DNA of 32,000 nucleotides, from the NCBI GenBank assembly GCA_045568075.1, contig JBJLBP010000001.1:510001-542000 (forward strand), written 5' to 3'. The DNA comes from Candidatus Thalassarchaeaceae archaeon. Its GTDB lineage: Archaea; Thermoplasmatota; Poseidoniia; Poseidoniales; Thalassarchaeaceae. The position numbers and the translations under genes are program-made. Shown piece after piece: positions 15,780-24,396 of the stretch (positions are counted from its first letter, which is position 1; each line of letters starts with the position of its first letter). Below the pieces are notes generated by a model that saw only the letters and a list, made by a program, of their open reading frames with translations, was not told the DNA's origin and did no database searches.

Positions 15780-15824
15780 GACCTGCCCATGATGCGAACA
15801 TGACTTGAGTCGTTCGGGTAATCA

Positions 15825-15841
15825 CGCCCGCTACGCGGGCG
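15825..15841 (+). other. Perfect 7-bp stem-loop with a UAC triloop (CGCCCGC-UAC-GCGGGCG) in a divergent intergenic region
   Basis: The + strand reads cgcccgc tac gcgggcg. It lies 58 nt upstream of the start at 15900. Confidence 0.65.
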
Positions 15842-15899
15842 AACTACCTCCCCCTTCTTTGATAAATGAACTTCGGCTCCGAGAGGCACTGGTGAGTGT

Positions 15900-17180
15900 T
15901 TGTCCGATTGGAGTGCAAAGAATCCGTACGGCTCAAAGCTGACGGAGAATTACATCCTGAATAGTGAAGGTTCTCGTAAGGAGACTCGCCACATTGTCTT
16001 CGACTTGGGAGATTCAGGCCTTGAATACAAGGCTGGAGATGCTCTCGGAATTATTCCACACTGTCCACCTGAACTCGTCGATGATTTGTTGACGACAGCC
16101 AACTTTTCGGGTGACGAGATGGTCGAGACTCACCTCGGCGAAGCCACACTGAGAGAGGCCTTGGCCAACCACCTCGAAATCCACCGCGTCTCAAAGAAGT
16201 GGATTGTGAACCTCGGTAACCGACTTTCCTCCGACGAAGGACCGGTGGAAATCCGAATTGCTCGCCGGCACAGAGTTTCGACTGAAGACGGAGCACTACT
16301 TGTCGATTGGTCTGGCTCAGGTGAGGGCGAAGATGTACCGACTGGCTACGAGGAAATTGGTATTGCTTGTGATCCTGCTGAGGCTCTCTGGCGCGAATTG
16401 ACCGAAAATGCTGACTCGATGGAGGATTACATGTGGTCACGAGATTACATCGACGCACTGGGAGACTTCGGTCATATCGGATTCACAGCTCAACAACTCG
16501 TCGATGGAATGGACCGGCTCAAGCCGCGTCTATACTCGATTGCAAGTAGCCCCGATCATGAGCCGGGAACAGTCCATTTGACGGTTGGAATTGTCCGCTA
16601 TTCACACCACGGTCGTGACCGTGCTGGTCTTTGCACAGGATTCCTTTCCGACTACTGCGATGTTGGTGAGACTGAGATTGGAGTTTTCATGTCGCCGACT
16701 CGTTCATTCATTCTACCCGAGGACGGTGACACGGATTGCATAATGGTCGGTCCAGGAACTGGAATCGCGCCCTTCCGTGCCTATCTCCAGCAGCGAGATA
16801 TCAACGGCGACAAGGGTCGCAATTGGCTCTTCTTCGGCGACCGAACCGAGGCGGGAGAGTACTACTACCGCGAAGAGATGGCTGATTGGAAAGAGCGCGG
16901 AGTCCTCAACCGCCACGACCTCGCTTGGAGCCGTGACGGTGACGAGAAGGTATACGTCCAGCATCTAATGGCAAAGCATGGTGAAGAAATCTGGAATTGG
17001 ATTGAAGGTGGAGCTAACTTCTACGTTTGTGGCGATAAGAATTACATGGCCAAGGATGTCCATTCTACACTAATCGAGATTTGTGCTGAACATGGCGGCA
17101 TGTCCGCTGATGAGGCCAAGGAATTCGTTGAAGTTGGAATGATGAAGACCGATAAGAGATATCTGCGTGATGTCTATTGA
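15900..17180 (+). CDS. FAD/NADPH-binding reductase resembling the C-terminal part of the sulfite reductase flavoprotein (CysJ) or cytochrome P450 reductase; no FMN/flavodoxin domain
   Basis: 426 aa. WSAKNPY...TRHIVFDL..SGLEYKAGDALGI, FAD motif PRLYSIASSP, NADPH motif GPGTGIAPFRAY, and C-terminal YVCGD...RYLRDVY. The TTG start is uncertain. Confidence 0.8.
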   Translation: MSDWSAKNPYGSKLTENYILNSEGSRKETRHIVFDLGDSGLEYKAGDALGIIPHCPPELVDDLLTTANFSGDEMVETHLGEATLREALANHLEIHRVSKKWIVNLGNRLSSDEGPVEIRIARRHRVSTEDGALLVDWSGSGEGEDVPTGYEEIGIACDPAEALWRELTENADSMEDYMWSRDYIDALGDFGHIGFTAQQLVDGMDRLKPRLYSIASSPDHEPGTVHLTVGIVRYSHHGRDRAGLCTGFLSDYCDVGETEIGVFMSPTRSFILPEDGDTDCIMVGPGTGIAPFRAYLQQRDINGDKGRNWLFFGDRTEAGEYYYREEMADWKERGVLNRHDLAWSRDGDEKVYVQHLMAKHGEEIWNWIEGGANFYVCGDKNYMAKDVHSTLIEICAEHGGMSADEAKEFVEVGMMKTDKRYLRDVY

Positions 17181-17210
17181 ATATCGATCTGATTGAATTC
17201 ATAATCAAAC

Positions 17211-17229
17211 CGACCGCCTACGGCGGTCG
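17211..17229 (+). other. Perfect 8-bp stem-loop with a UAC triloop (CGACCGCC-UAC-GGCGGUCG) between the reductase stop and the accC start
   Basis: The + strand reads cgaccgcc tac ggcggtcg. It lies 30 nt after the stop at 17180 and 39 nt before the ATG at 17269. Confidence 0.7.
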
Positions 17230-17268
17230 CCGAACCTTACATAGGATTCAACCCACAGGGGTGATTTG

Positions 17269-18606
17269 ATGTTCAGGCGAGTTCTGATTGCGAATCGCGG
17301 TGAAATTGCACTGCGAATCCTACGCTCGCTGCGCAGCCTCGGAATCGAGGTTGTGATGATTCATGGGCGAGAGGACCGACTCACTACACCTGTGCGACTC
17401 GCCGATGAAGCGGTCTTCATCGCTCGTGATGACCCTCTCGCATCTTACCTCGACATCGAGGCGATCGTCGCCGCAGCGAAGGAGGTCGGAGCGGATGCGG
17501 TCCATCCTGGCTACGGCTTTCTAGCCGAGAATCCTATCTTTGCAGAGCGATTAGCCGAGGAGGGAATCACTTTCATCGGTCCAAGCCCAGAAGTCCTGAG
17601 AGTTCTGGGCGACAAAATCACCGCTCGAGAGGCGATGTCAAGGGCTGGTCTTCCCATAGCCAAAGGCTCACCCGGACCAATCTCAGATTCGGCAGAAGCC
17701 TCAGCAATCGCTGACGATATCGGCTTCCCAGTCATCATCAAGGCGGCGGCTGGTGGTGGTGGAATCGGAATGCAAGTGGTAGAATCCGCCGACGAATTCG
17801 AATCAGCACTCAACCTCTGTCAAGGACGCGCCCTCTCAGCCTTTGGAGACGACCGAGTATTCCTCGAGAAATTCATTGAGGGCGCCCAACATATCGAATT
17901 CCAAGTACTCGGTGACGGCCAAGATGCAGTTCACTTCGGTGAGAGATTTTGCTCAATCCAGCGCCGTCACCAGAAAATTCTCGAAGAGGGACCTTGGCTC
18001 TCAGAAGAGGTTCGTGCCGAAATCGGATCACGTGTGGTCGAGGGTGCCAAAGCCGTGGGCTACAAGGGACTTGCAACATTCGAATTCCTCAGAGACGCTC
18101 ATGGCGAATTCTACTTCCTCGAAGTCAATCCACGAGTCCAAGTTGAGCACACTGTCACCGAGATGATTACTGGATTCGACCTCGTATCGCTGGGAATCAG
18201 GGTAGCGGCAGGCGAGCACCTGCCGGTGGCCCAGCAAGATATCACCATCTCGGGCCATGCCATCCAGGCTCGTCTCAACGCGGAAGATTCGCGTACTTTG
18301 GAACCATCTCCAGGTAGGTTGTGGGAGTGCCATTGGCCGGCCGGGCCAGGGGTTCGTGTCGATACTCACGCGCACACGGGTTACGATATGCCACCATCAT
18401 TCGACTCATTGCTCGCCAAACTCATTGTCTGGGGGCGTGATCGCGAAGAGGCAGTTCGACGTCTTGACGCAGCTCTGGGGGAGACCATGATTCTAGGAGT
18501 TGAAACCCTCATACCTCTCCACCGGGCTATTCTAACCGAGGAAGATTTCCGAAACAGAAATGTTACCATCAGGTATCTCGAGGAGCACCCGGACCTGTTG
18601 AAGTGA
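17269..18606 (+). CDS. accC: Biotin carboxylase (subunit A of an acyl-CoA or pyruvate carboxylase)
   Basis: VLIANRGEIALRI, HPGYGFLAEN, the ATP-grasp glycine-rich loop KAAAGGGGIGM, and FLEVNPRVQVEHTVTE. GGGGTGAT SD before the ATG at 17269. Confidence 0.9.
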   Translation: MFRRVLIANRGEIALRILRSLRSLGIEVVMIHGREDRLTTPVRLADEAVFIARDDPLASYLDIEAIVAAAKEVGADAVHPGYGFLAENPIFAERLAEEGITFIGPSPEVLRVLGDKITAREAMSRAGLPIAKGSPGPISDSAEASAIADDIGFPVIIKAAAGGGGIGMQVVESADEFESALNLCQGRALSAFGDDRVFLEKFIEGAQHIEFQVLGDGQDAVHFGERFCSIQRRHQKILEEGPWLSEEVRAEIGSRVVEGAKAVGYKGLATFEFLRDAHGEFYFLEVNPRVQVEHTVTEMITGFDLVSLGIRVAAGEHLPVAQQDITISGHAIQARLNAEDSRTLEPSPGRLWECHWPAGPGVRVDTHAHTGYDMPPSFDSLLAKLIVWGRDREEAVRRLDAALGETMILGVETLIPLHRAILTEEDFRNRNVTIRYLEEHPDLLK

Positions 18607-18615
18607 GGTGAGAGC

Positions 18616-19581
18616 ATGGATATGGTGATTGTCGGTTCAATTGGTTATGACGACATTCAGACTCCTGCGGCGAGTGGATCTGATTTGCTCGGTGGCGCTG
18701 CAGTTTACTCTGGGCTCGCCGCCTCGTTTCATCTGCGAACGATGGATGAGGAACCAACGAAGGTTGGTTTAGTCGGCATCGTCGGTGATGATTTTTCTGT
18801 GTATGACCAGATGGTTTTGGAGAAGGCTGGATTGAATCTTGCTGGAGTTGTTCGGGCTGAGGGTGAAACATTTCGTTGGTCGGGAAAGTATGAGGGAGCG
18901 ATGGAATCAGTTGAGACTCTCGCCACCGAGGTCAATGTTCTAGCCGATTTCAAGCCCGAATTGCCCGATGTATGGAATAATCCTGAAATTCTCTTTTGTG
19001 CGAGCACACACCCTGCCACTCAGGTTGCCGTGCTCGACCAGTGTCCAGGGGCACAGTTGACCGTTCTGGACACATTCATGTTGTGGATTGAGAGTGAGTT
19101 TGAAACTCTTAGTGAGGCGATGCGTAAGGTGGATATCGCCGTCATAAATGAGCAGGAAGCCTGCGCTATCGCCGATGATGAAATTCTGCCTCGCGCGATG
19201 AAGTCGATTATGTCGGGAGAGGCTCTACACGGTGGTTCTGGAGCCGGCCCTGGACCTCGATGCCTCATCGTCAAGCGAGGTAGTGGTGGAGTATTGGCGA
19301 TGCTTCCAGGAGGGGCTCTCGCTCTTCCTGCCTATCCGACTGACAAGATTGTCGATCCAACTGGCTGCGGAGATTCCTTCGCTGGTTCATTGCTGTCTTA
19401 TTTGATCGGTCGTCAAGGTGTTTTGAATGATCTCGATGCTATCCGGAATGCTCTCGTTCATGCCACCGTGACCTCCTCCTTCACACTCGGTGGCATAGGA
19501 GTAACAGCGCTCGGTTCGATTGACCGGGGAATCTACCACGCACGCGTAGACAAATACCGGCGAATCGTTGGTATCTCCTGA
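18616..19581 (+). CDS. PfkB-family carbohydrate/nucleoside kinase
   Basis: 321 aa. N-terminal GSIGYDDI...GGAAVYSG and C-terminal DPTGCGDSFAGSLLSYL signature. TGAGGTGA SD upstream. Confidence 0.85.
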   Translation: MDMVIVGSIGYDDIQTPAASGSDLLGGAAVYSGLAASFHLRTMDEEPTKVGLVGIVGDDFSVYDQMVLEKAGLNLAGVVRAEGETFRWSGKYEGAMESVETLATEVNVLADFKPELPDVWNNPEILFCASTHPATQVAVLDQCPGAQLTVLDTFMLWIESEFETLSEAMRKVDIAVINEQEACAIADDEILPRAMKSIMSGEALHGGSGAGPGPRCLIVKRGSGGVLAMLPGGALALPAYPTDKIVDPTGCGDSFAGSLLSYLIGRQGVLNDLDAIRNALVHATVTSSFTLGGIGVTALGSIDRGIYHARVDKYRRIVGIS

Positions 19582-19588
19582 TACACTC

Positions 19589-21412
19589 TCATTCGAGCTG
19601 ACGAATTCCAGGGAGGCGTCCGTCACCCTTCTGACTGGTCGGTCGCAACTGTGCAAATCGCAATTCACCCGACTCGGGAAGAATTGCAGGCTCTCTCTCC
19701 TCACCTTTTGAGACGCGAGTGATAACACCGTCTAGAGCATCTCTTGCCGAGGATGGAGGTGGAGCACTAGTCATCTGACGCGCTCGGACAGCCACATCAG
19801 CCTGATGATCTTGGTCCGAGCGAAGGCGAAGAAGCTGACTTGAGCGGAAGCGCGCATCGCCCTGATGCTCACTCCCATCCTCGTCTCCGTAAACCTCAGC
19901 ATAGTCTCGACGTGGAGGAGATGGAGAGAGTAAGGAAGCGAGCCAATTCTGCTTCTTCGGGCGTCCTATGGCGCTTCGAACTCGCCCATTACTCATGCTG
20001 TTTGCGAGTTTTGATACAGCGGGGAATTCATCCTCAAAACGATCGGGATCGACAGCGGGTGCAGAAAGTGCTCGTGTTTTCGGAATGTCTCCCTGCCAAG
20101 CTGATTGTGCCTTGGCAGTTTTGACGAGACCGGGTTTACACTCTTCTCTGACCGCCACCTCGTTAGGAGTGGGTAATCCCCAACCTGAGTTGGCGGTGTT
20201 TGTCGCTGCCGTAGCGTGTCTGCTTCGGGCAGAACGAATCATCTCGGAACTCGATGGCGGTCGGGATGGAGCAGTCCTTGCGGGTGCGTGTGAAGTCGGC
20301 GGAGAGTAGTTTGTCGTCGGCGAGTTCGCCATCGATGTGGAACCAGCCGCACGGCTTGAGTCACCTATTGGATCATCATCGAAGAGTGAGAAGTCGAAAC
20401 CTGATTCTGGTTGGGAATACGAAGGGGATTGAGGGCTACTGCTTGAGGGGGGTGTATCGAAGATTCCTCCTTCCTCAAAGAGATCGAAGGATCCCATTGC
20501 ATCAGAGAATGCTTCGTCCATCCTATTCTCTCCGGAATTTGCTTCATCTTTCTCGTGATACCATTCCGGAGATTCGGGCCGACCCCAGGCTCTCTCGTAG
20601 GCCGATCTATTGTCGGCGGGCTTTGCTGGCGCACGAACCGGTGGTGGAATGTTGTAATTTGGAGGTTCGTGGACCTCGAGAGAGGCGAAGATGCCTCCCT
20701 CTGGAGCTTCCTGCACCATTGAATTGGGGGTTTGTGCTCCCATTCTAGCCGCATTTGAGGCAATTGCCGCAGCGGCTGGACTGGCTGTGAGGCTTGGGGA
20801 TGCACTCGACAACCTGGTGAAATCTGTAGCAACGGGCTCAGCCTCGAAGAGGTCGAGCCCGGGAGTCGCTATCGAACCGGGAGCGCCGAGCAGAGCCTTT
20901 GGCTCGAAAGTAGCAAACCGTCGCGCCCGCTCTTCCTCCAACTCTCTGAGTCCAGCCTTCGCCTCTTCGATCGTGCTTCCGTGCATCACTCGGTCTACCA
21001 TCATGCACAATCGTAGCAATTCCGATTGTGTCCCGGTGACGAGGTGCTTGTCGCCGGCATTGGTCTCGATAGCAAGGACCGGTGTCTTCAGAGTCAGATA
21101 CCCGATTACTGAGAGTAATCCTGTAGCAGCGATGCCCCAACCAACAGGTGGAGTCAGTACGGCAGCGCCGACCCAAACTCCGACAGTGCCAAGGGTTAGG
21201 AAGCCATTAGGGAGACGGGCGAGGTTGATGTTTCTCAATGTTGAGATGTTAGAGAGATTGATTCGGATACCGTATCCGTAGTAATCCTCCAAGGTCAGCT
21301 GGCGCTCGCTGAGTATACCGCAGTATGTCCCACTTACCCCGACCAGACTAAGATTGTCGAATAGCTCCGACTCTCCTTCATCCAGTCGGGCATTACGCCC
21401 GGCTGAGTGCAT
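19589..21412 (-). CDS. Membrane-anchored protein with a long low-complexity (S/P/A-rich) C-terminal region; function unknown
   Basis: 607 aa. Two hydrophobic helices (FLTLGTVGVWVGAAVL, GWGIAATGLLSVIGYL) sit in a compact N-terminal domain. About 430 aa of apparently disordered sequence follow, carrying repeated acidic F-D/L-F motifs. Confidence 0.6.
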   Translation of the reverse strand: MHSAGRNARLDEGESELFDNLSLVGVSGTYCGILSERQLTLEDYYGYGIRINLSNISTLRNINLARLPNGFLTLGTVGVWVGAAVLTPPVGWGIAATGLLSVIGYLTLKTPVLAIETNAGDKHLVTGTQSELLRLCMMVDRVMHGSTIEEAKAGLRELEEERARRFATFEPKALLGAPGSIATPGLDLFEAEPVATDFTRLSSASPSLTASPAAAAIASNAARMGAQTPNSMVQEAPEGGIFASLEVHEPPNYNIPPPVRAPAKPADNRSAYERAWGRPESPEWYHEKDEANSGENRMDEAFSDAMGSFDLFEEGGIFDTPPSSSSPQSPSYSQPESGFDFSLFDDDPIGDSSRAAGSTSMANSPTTNYSPPTSHAPARTAPSRPPSSSEMIRSARSRHATAATNTANSGWGLPTPNEVAVREECKPGLVKTAKAQSAWQGDIPKTRALSAPAVDPDRFEDEFPAVSKLANSMSNGRVRSAIGRPKKQNWLASLLSPSPPRRDYAEVYGDEDGSEHQGDARFRSSQLLRLRSDQDHQADVAVRARQMTSAPPPSSARDALDGVITRVSKGEEREPAILPESGELRFAQLRPTSQKGDGRLPGIRQLE

Positions 21413-21499
21413 CCCACTTGGCCGAGCGCATCTTCCTCGCTATAACTGCTCGGGGTGCTGAGCGGGTTCGCGTGCGGCTTGCGCGCGAGGGGCGCGAAC

Positions 21500-21525
21500 G
21501 CCAATGCCCCCGTAGGGGGCTTGGC
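21500..21525 (-). other. Stem-loop with a UAC triloop (sense: GCCAAGCCCCC-UAC-GGGGGC(A)UUGGC) 12 nt after the EF-like gene stop
   Basis: The + strand reads gccaa t gccccc gta gggggc ttggc: 6 + 5 bp with one bulged base. Confidence 0.65.
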
Positions 21526-21537
21526 ATCGATTATGCC

Positions 21538-22530
21538 TCAGGCTTGTTGGATGCTGGAAACGCTGCCCATGATTCGCATCGGTATTGCATCCAATTGAGT
21601 GATCAGAATCGAGGGTGAGCCCTCGGCTCGAATCCACAATGAATTCTCCCAATCGACATTGATTGAATCGCCTTCGACCGCTGTTACTCGGCCGACCACG
21701 AATTGTAGATCGACGGCTGCGTGAATCACATCATCGACCGCGATACTTCTCTTCTGGAATGGCGCCGCCTTGACTTCAATGATTGACTTCTCATGCCGTA
21801 CAAGTGCTTCACTTCCGGGTGCAACAATCATGCATCCACGGTGCAGCGCCTCCTCTCGCAGATTGCGTAGAGCGACACCGACGCGGTCGCCGGCCACAGC
21901 GGTGTCGACATCATCGTCCATCACTTGCAGTGAACGCACGACTCCGGTCTCATTCGCAGGAAGAATCAGGGCGTCATCGTGCTTGTTCACTGCACCGGAC
22001 TGGACGTATCCAATCGCTACCAATCCGACCCCCTTGACATTGAAATGCTGGTCAACAGGGAGCACGAGGCTCTGACCCTCGCCTCCCGATCCTGCAGCAT
22101 CCATGTGAGAATACAATTCCTCTCTCAAGTCATGGGCATCTGGCATTGACTCATGAACAGCCCAAGACCCCAAACCAGCTTGTGTCAGAATCATCTTCAC
22201 CTGGTCTGCATCAACCCATCCTCCATCAACCGCGTTTACGATCGCGATACCACGCGTAATTCCAGCCGCACCGAAAGAAACCAACACTTCTCCGAGCGCG
22301 GCATCGACTGCACCGACTTCGACGACGCCGACCTCAGCCACATTCAGAACAGAGAGTAACGGTCGTAGACGCTCAGGGTGTCGGAGGGGACGGAGTAGAG
22401 AGAGTACGCAGGTCTCACCATCTCGCTGTTCCTTGAAAACATAGGACTCGATATCACGCACATCGTTCGATTTGGCCAGTGACCGCGCGAGTTCCTCACT
22501 CCCTACGTAGGCGATGTTCAGCACTGGCAT
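21538..22530 (-). CDS. EF-Tu/SelB-like protein with a degenerate GTPase domain
   Basis: ORF 21538..22650 trimmed to the ATG at 22530. NIAYVGSEELARSLAK replaces the G1 motif GHVDHGKT, and VNAVD replaces NKxD. A clear EF-Tu domain-2 barrel is present: LPVDQHFNVKGVGLVAIGYVQSGAV...GDRVGVALRN...RGCMIV. Confidence 0.65.
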   Translation of the reverse strand: MPVLNIAYVGSEELARSLAKSNDVRDIESYVFKEQRDGETCVLSLLRPLRHPERLRPLLSVLNVAEVGVVEVGAVDAALGEVLVSFGAAGITRGIAIVNAVDGGWVDADQVKMILTQAGLGSWAVHESMPDAHDLREELYSHMDAAGSGGEGQSLVLPVDQHFNVKGVGLVAIGYVQSGAVNKHDDALILPANETGVVRSLQVMDDDVDTAVAGDRVGVALRNLREEALHRGCMIVAPGSEALVRHEKSIIEVKAAPFQKRSIAVDDVIHAAVDLQFVVGRVTAVEGDSINVDWENSLWIRAEGSPSILITQLDAIPMRIMGSVSSIQQA

Positions 22531-22623
22531 GGACCGCGCGGGCAGCGAACCACCCATGAATGCGACGCATCGATTCGCTGACTCAAGCAATTGGTTCAAA
22601 GAAGGGGACGGATTCCAATAAGC

Positions 22624-22989
22624 ATGGATGAGAGACCTCCCGTCGTACACTTAGGCGGGAAAACACCCGACAGAGCTGCAGGTACCCTATCACATATTCT
22701 GGGACCAATCACGGGATTTCTTGCACCACTGATAATCTACGCAATCAGATCCCCTAATCTGAAGGAAGAGGACCCTTTGTTGGAATCGCATCTTGTAGAA
22801 TCTCTCAATGCTTCGTTGACTTTCCTCATCGCTTTAATTATTCATAGCTTTTTGATGATGCTTTGTATAGGATTTGTCACCTTTATTGCCCATTGGATAT
22901 TGTACATGGTTTGGGCTATCAATGCTAACTCCGCTTTACAGGCTGGACGGGAGTACAGGTACCCGTTTACCTACCGATTTTTGGTGTGA
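22624..22989 (+). CDS. Small membrane protein, DUF4870-like
   Basis: ORF 22591..22989 trimmed to the ATG at 22624. HILGPITGFLAPLIIY...ESLNASLTFLIALIIH...ANSALQAGREYRYPFTYRFL. Confidence 0.6.
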   Translation: MDERPPVVHLGGKTPDRAAGTLSHILGPITGFLAPLIIYAIRSPNLKEEDPLLESHLVESLNASLTFLIALIIHSFLMMLCIGFVTFIAHWILYMVWAINANSALQAGREYRYPFTYRFLV

Positions 22990-23019
22990 CCGTCGAGGTC
23001 AAATTTCGGACGAGCGGTC

Positions 23020-23469
23020 TCAGCGCATTGCGTCTCTAGCACGCTGCGCTGCGTCCCATTGAGTCTGCTCTTCTTCGCTTGAGGGTGTGAATTGTGGCAC
23101 TTCAACAGGGTTCATCGAGCCGTCGATTGCGACCATGAAGAAATATCCTGAGCAGATTTCCTCGGGGTCCCAGTCTGAGCGGGTCATTCTGCATGATCGG
23201 ACGAGGACACCGACAGTGCGTCGGCTCGTCCAAACGACGCGCGCTATGGTGCGAATTACGTCGCCTTGGTATGCCGGTCGCTTGAATTTCAGCGCGTCGA
23301 CGGAAACCGTGACAAATTCTTGATGCGCGAACTGGCTAGCTGCCATTCCGGCGGCCGTGTCCATAATCGACATTAGACGGCCGCCGAACAGAGTATCGAG
23401 CGCATTTGTGTCGCCAGGAAATACCTCATTCAGCAGCACGACGGGTTCGGAGGAGCGCGGTTCAGCCAT
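23020..23469 (-). CDS. Acyl-CoA thioesterase (hotdog fold, YciA/BFIT-like)
   Basis: ORF 23020..23661 trimmed to the ATG at 23469 (MAEPRSSEP...). Motifs: PGDTNALDTLFGGRLMSIMDTAAGMAA...VTVSVDALKFKRPAYQGD. The upstream part of the tracked ORF is arginine-rich junk. Confidence 0.8.
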   Translation of the reverse strand: MAEPRSSEPVVLLNEVFPGDTNALDTLFGGRLMSIMDTAAGMAASQFAHQEFVTVSVDALKFKRPAYQGDVIRTIARVVWTSRRTVGVLVRSCRMTRSDWDPEEICSGYFFMVAIDGSMNPVEVPQFTPSSEEEQTQWDAAQRARDAMR

Positions 23470-23583
23470 CTCTCTCGTTTCGTCCCGCGCGCTCACCCTC
23501 CTTGAATCCAACCGCGAGCGGATACGTTCAGAATGTGGTTGTCGAACCGTTGCAGTGAAGCGCTGCTGCCTTCTCGCGCAAGC

Positions 23584-24396
23584 GTGAGCGGGTCTGAATT
23601 GGGCTGGTTGCCTGTGATTATCGAGGATCCCGATGGGGGGAGAATCGTCCTTTACCCTCATCTTCCGTGCGTGCGGATGCCATCAGAACTACGAACGCGT
23701 GAGCATTGGGATGGGCTTGCTCTAATCGCTTCGGCCGAGGAAGTTCGTGGATGGCCAGCCGAAGAGAAAGAGGACCAAGACAGCCCCGGAGTACACGTAG
23801 CGGCCGCGATGGCATCGGGTACTATTCTCGGCCGCCTTCTCGACGATTTGACAATCTACGAAGTCGATGGACCAAGTATTCCTGATCCTGAACCGATGCG
23901 GCTACTTCACCACGCCGAAAACGCGCGTGGTGGCATGCCAATCTACGCCCTCGAGCCATCAATGGATGACGAGGGCTGGATTGAATGGATGACTCGCGCG
24001 GCCGATGAACAAGTCTCGATGTCTTCGCTTCTATCTAGCATCACAGTCGGGCGGCGATGGAAGAAATTGCGAGCCGCCGCCGTCAGACGCGTCTCCGTAG
24101 CAAAAGGAGTCGATTCCGAGCTGGGCGCGGCGGCTGCCTCAAGCGCAGCCTGGTGGACTGAGGAGAATAAGGGTCTGAGCGAAGAACTTCGGAAGGAGCG
24201 TTCCTCACGCTTGGTAGCAAGGATGCGGGGGTCACTGGCAAACCTTCGCGAGGGCAGGGTTGATGACTCGGAGTCGCGAGGGCCTTCTCTGATGGTCCCC
24301 GTTCATCAACCTAGATTGCACTCGCTGGTCGAGGCTTTCGAAGGATGGCCGGCCGCCGAACCGGTAAACACGCTGGGCGCACAGGAGGACTCGTGA
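23584..24396 (+). CDS. Hypothetical protein (~270 aa), first gene of a translationally coupled trio
   Basis: ORF 23533..24396. No motif I recognise. The start is uncertain (GTG 23584, ATG 23677). Its TGA stop overlaps the next ATG (TGATG at 24394-24398). Confidence 0.5.
   Translation: MSGSELGWLPVIIEDPDGGRIVLYPHLPCVRMPSELRTREHWDGLALIASAEEVRGWPAEEKEDQDSPGVHVAAAMASGTILGRLLDDLTIYEVDGPSIPDPEPMRLLHHAENARGGMPIYALEPSMDDEGWIEWMTRAADEQVSMSSLLSSITVGRRWKKLRAAAVRRVSVAKGVDSELGAAAASSAAWWTEENKGLSEELRKERSSRLVARMRGSLANLREGRVDDSESRGPSLMVPVHQPRLHSLVEAFEGWPAAEPVNTLGAQEDS

Noticed and set aside
22502-22511. 10-bp even palindrome CCTACGTAGG containing the CTACG core
   Set aside because: It lies inside the EF-like coding sequence, has no loop and no extended arms, and is most simply explained by chance.
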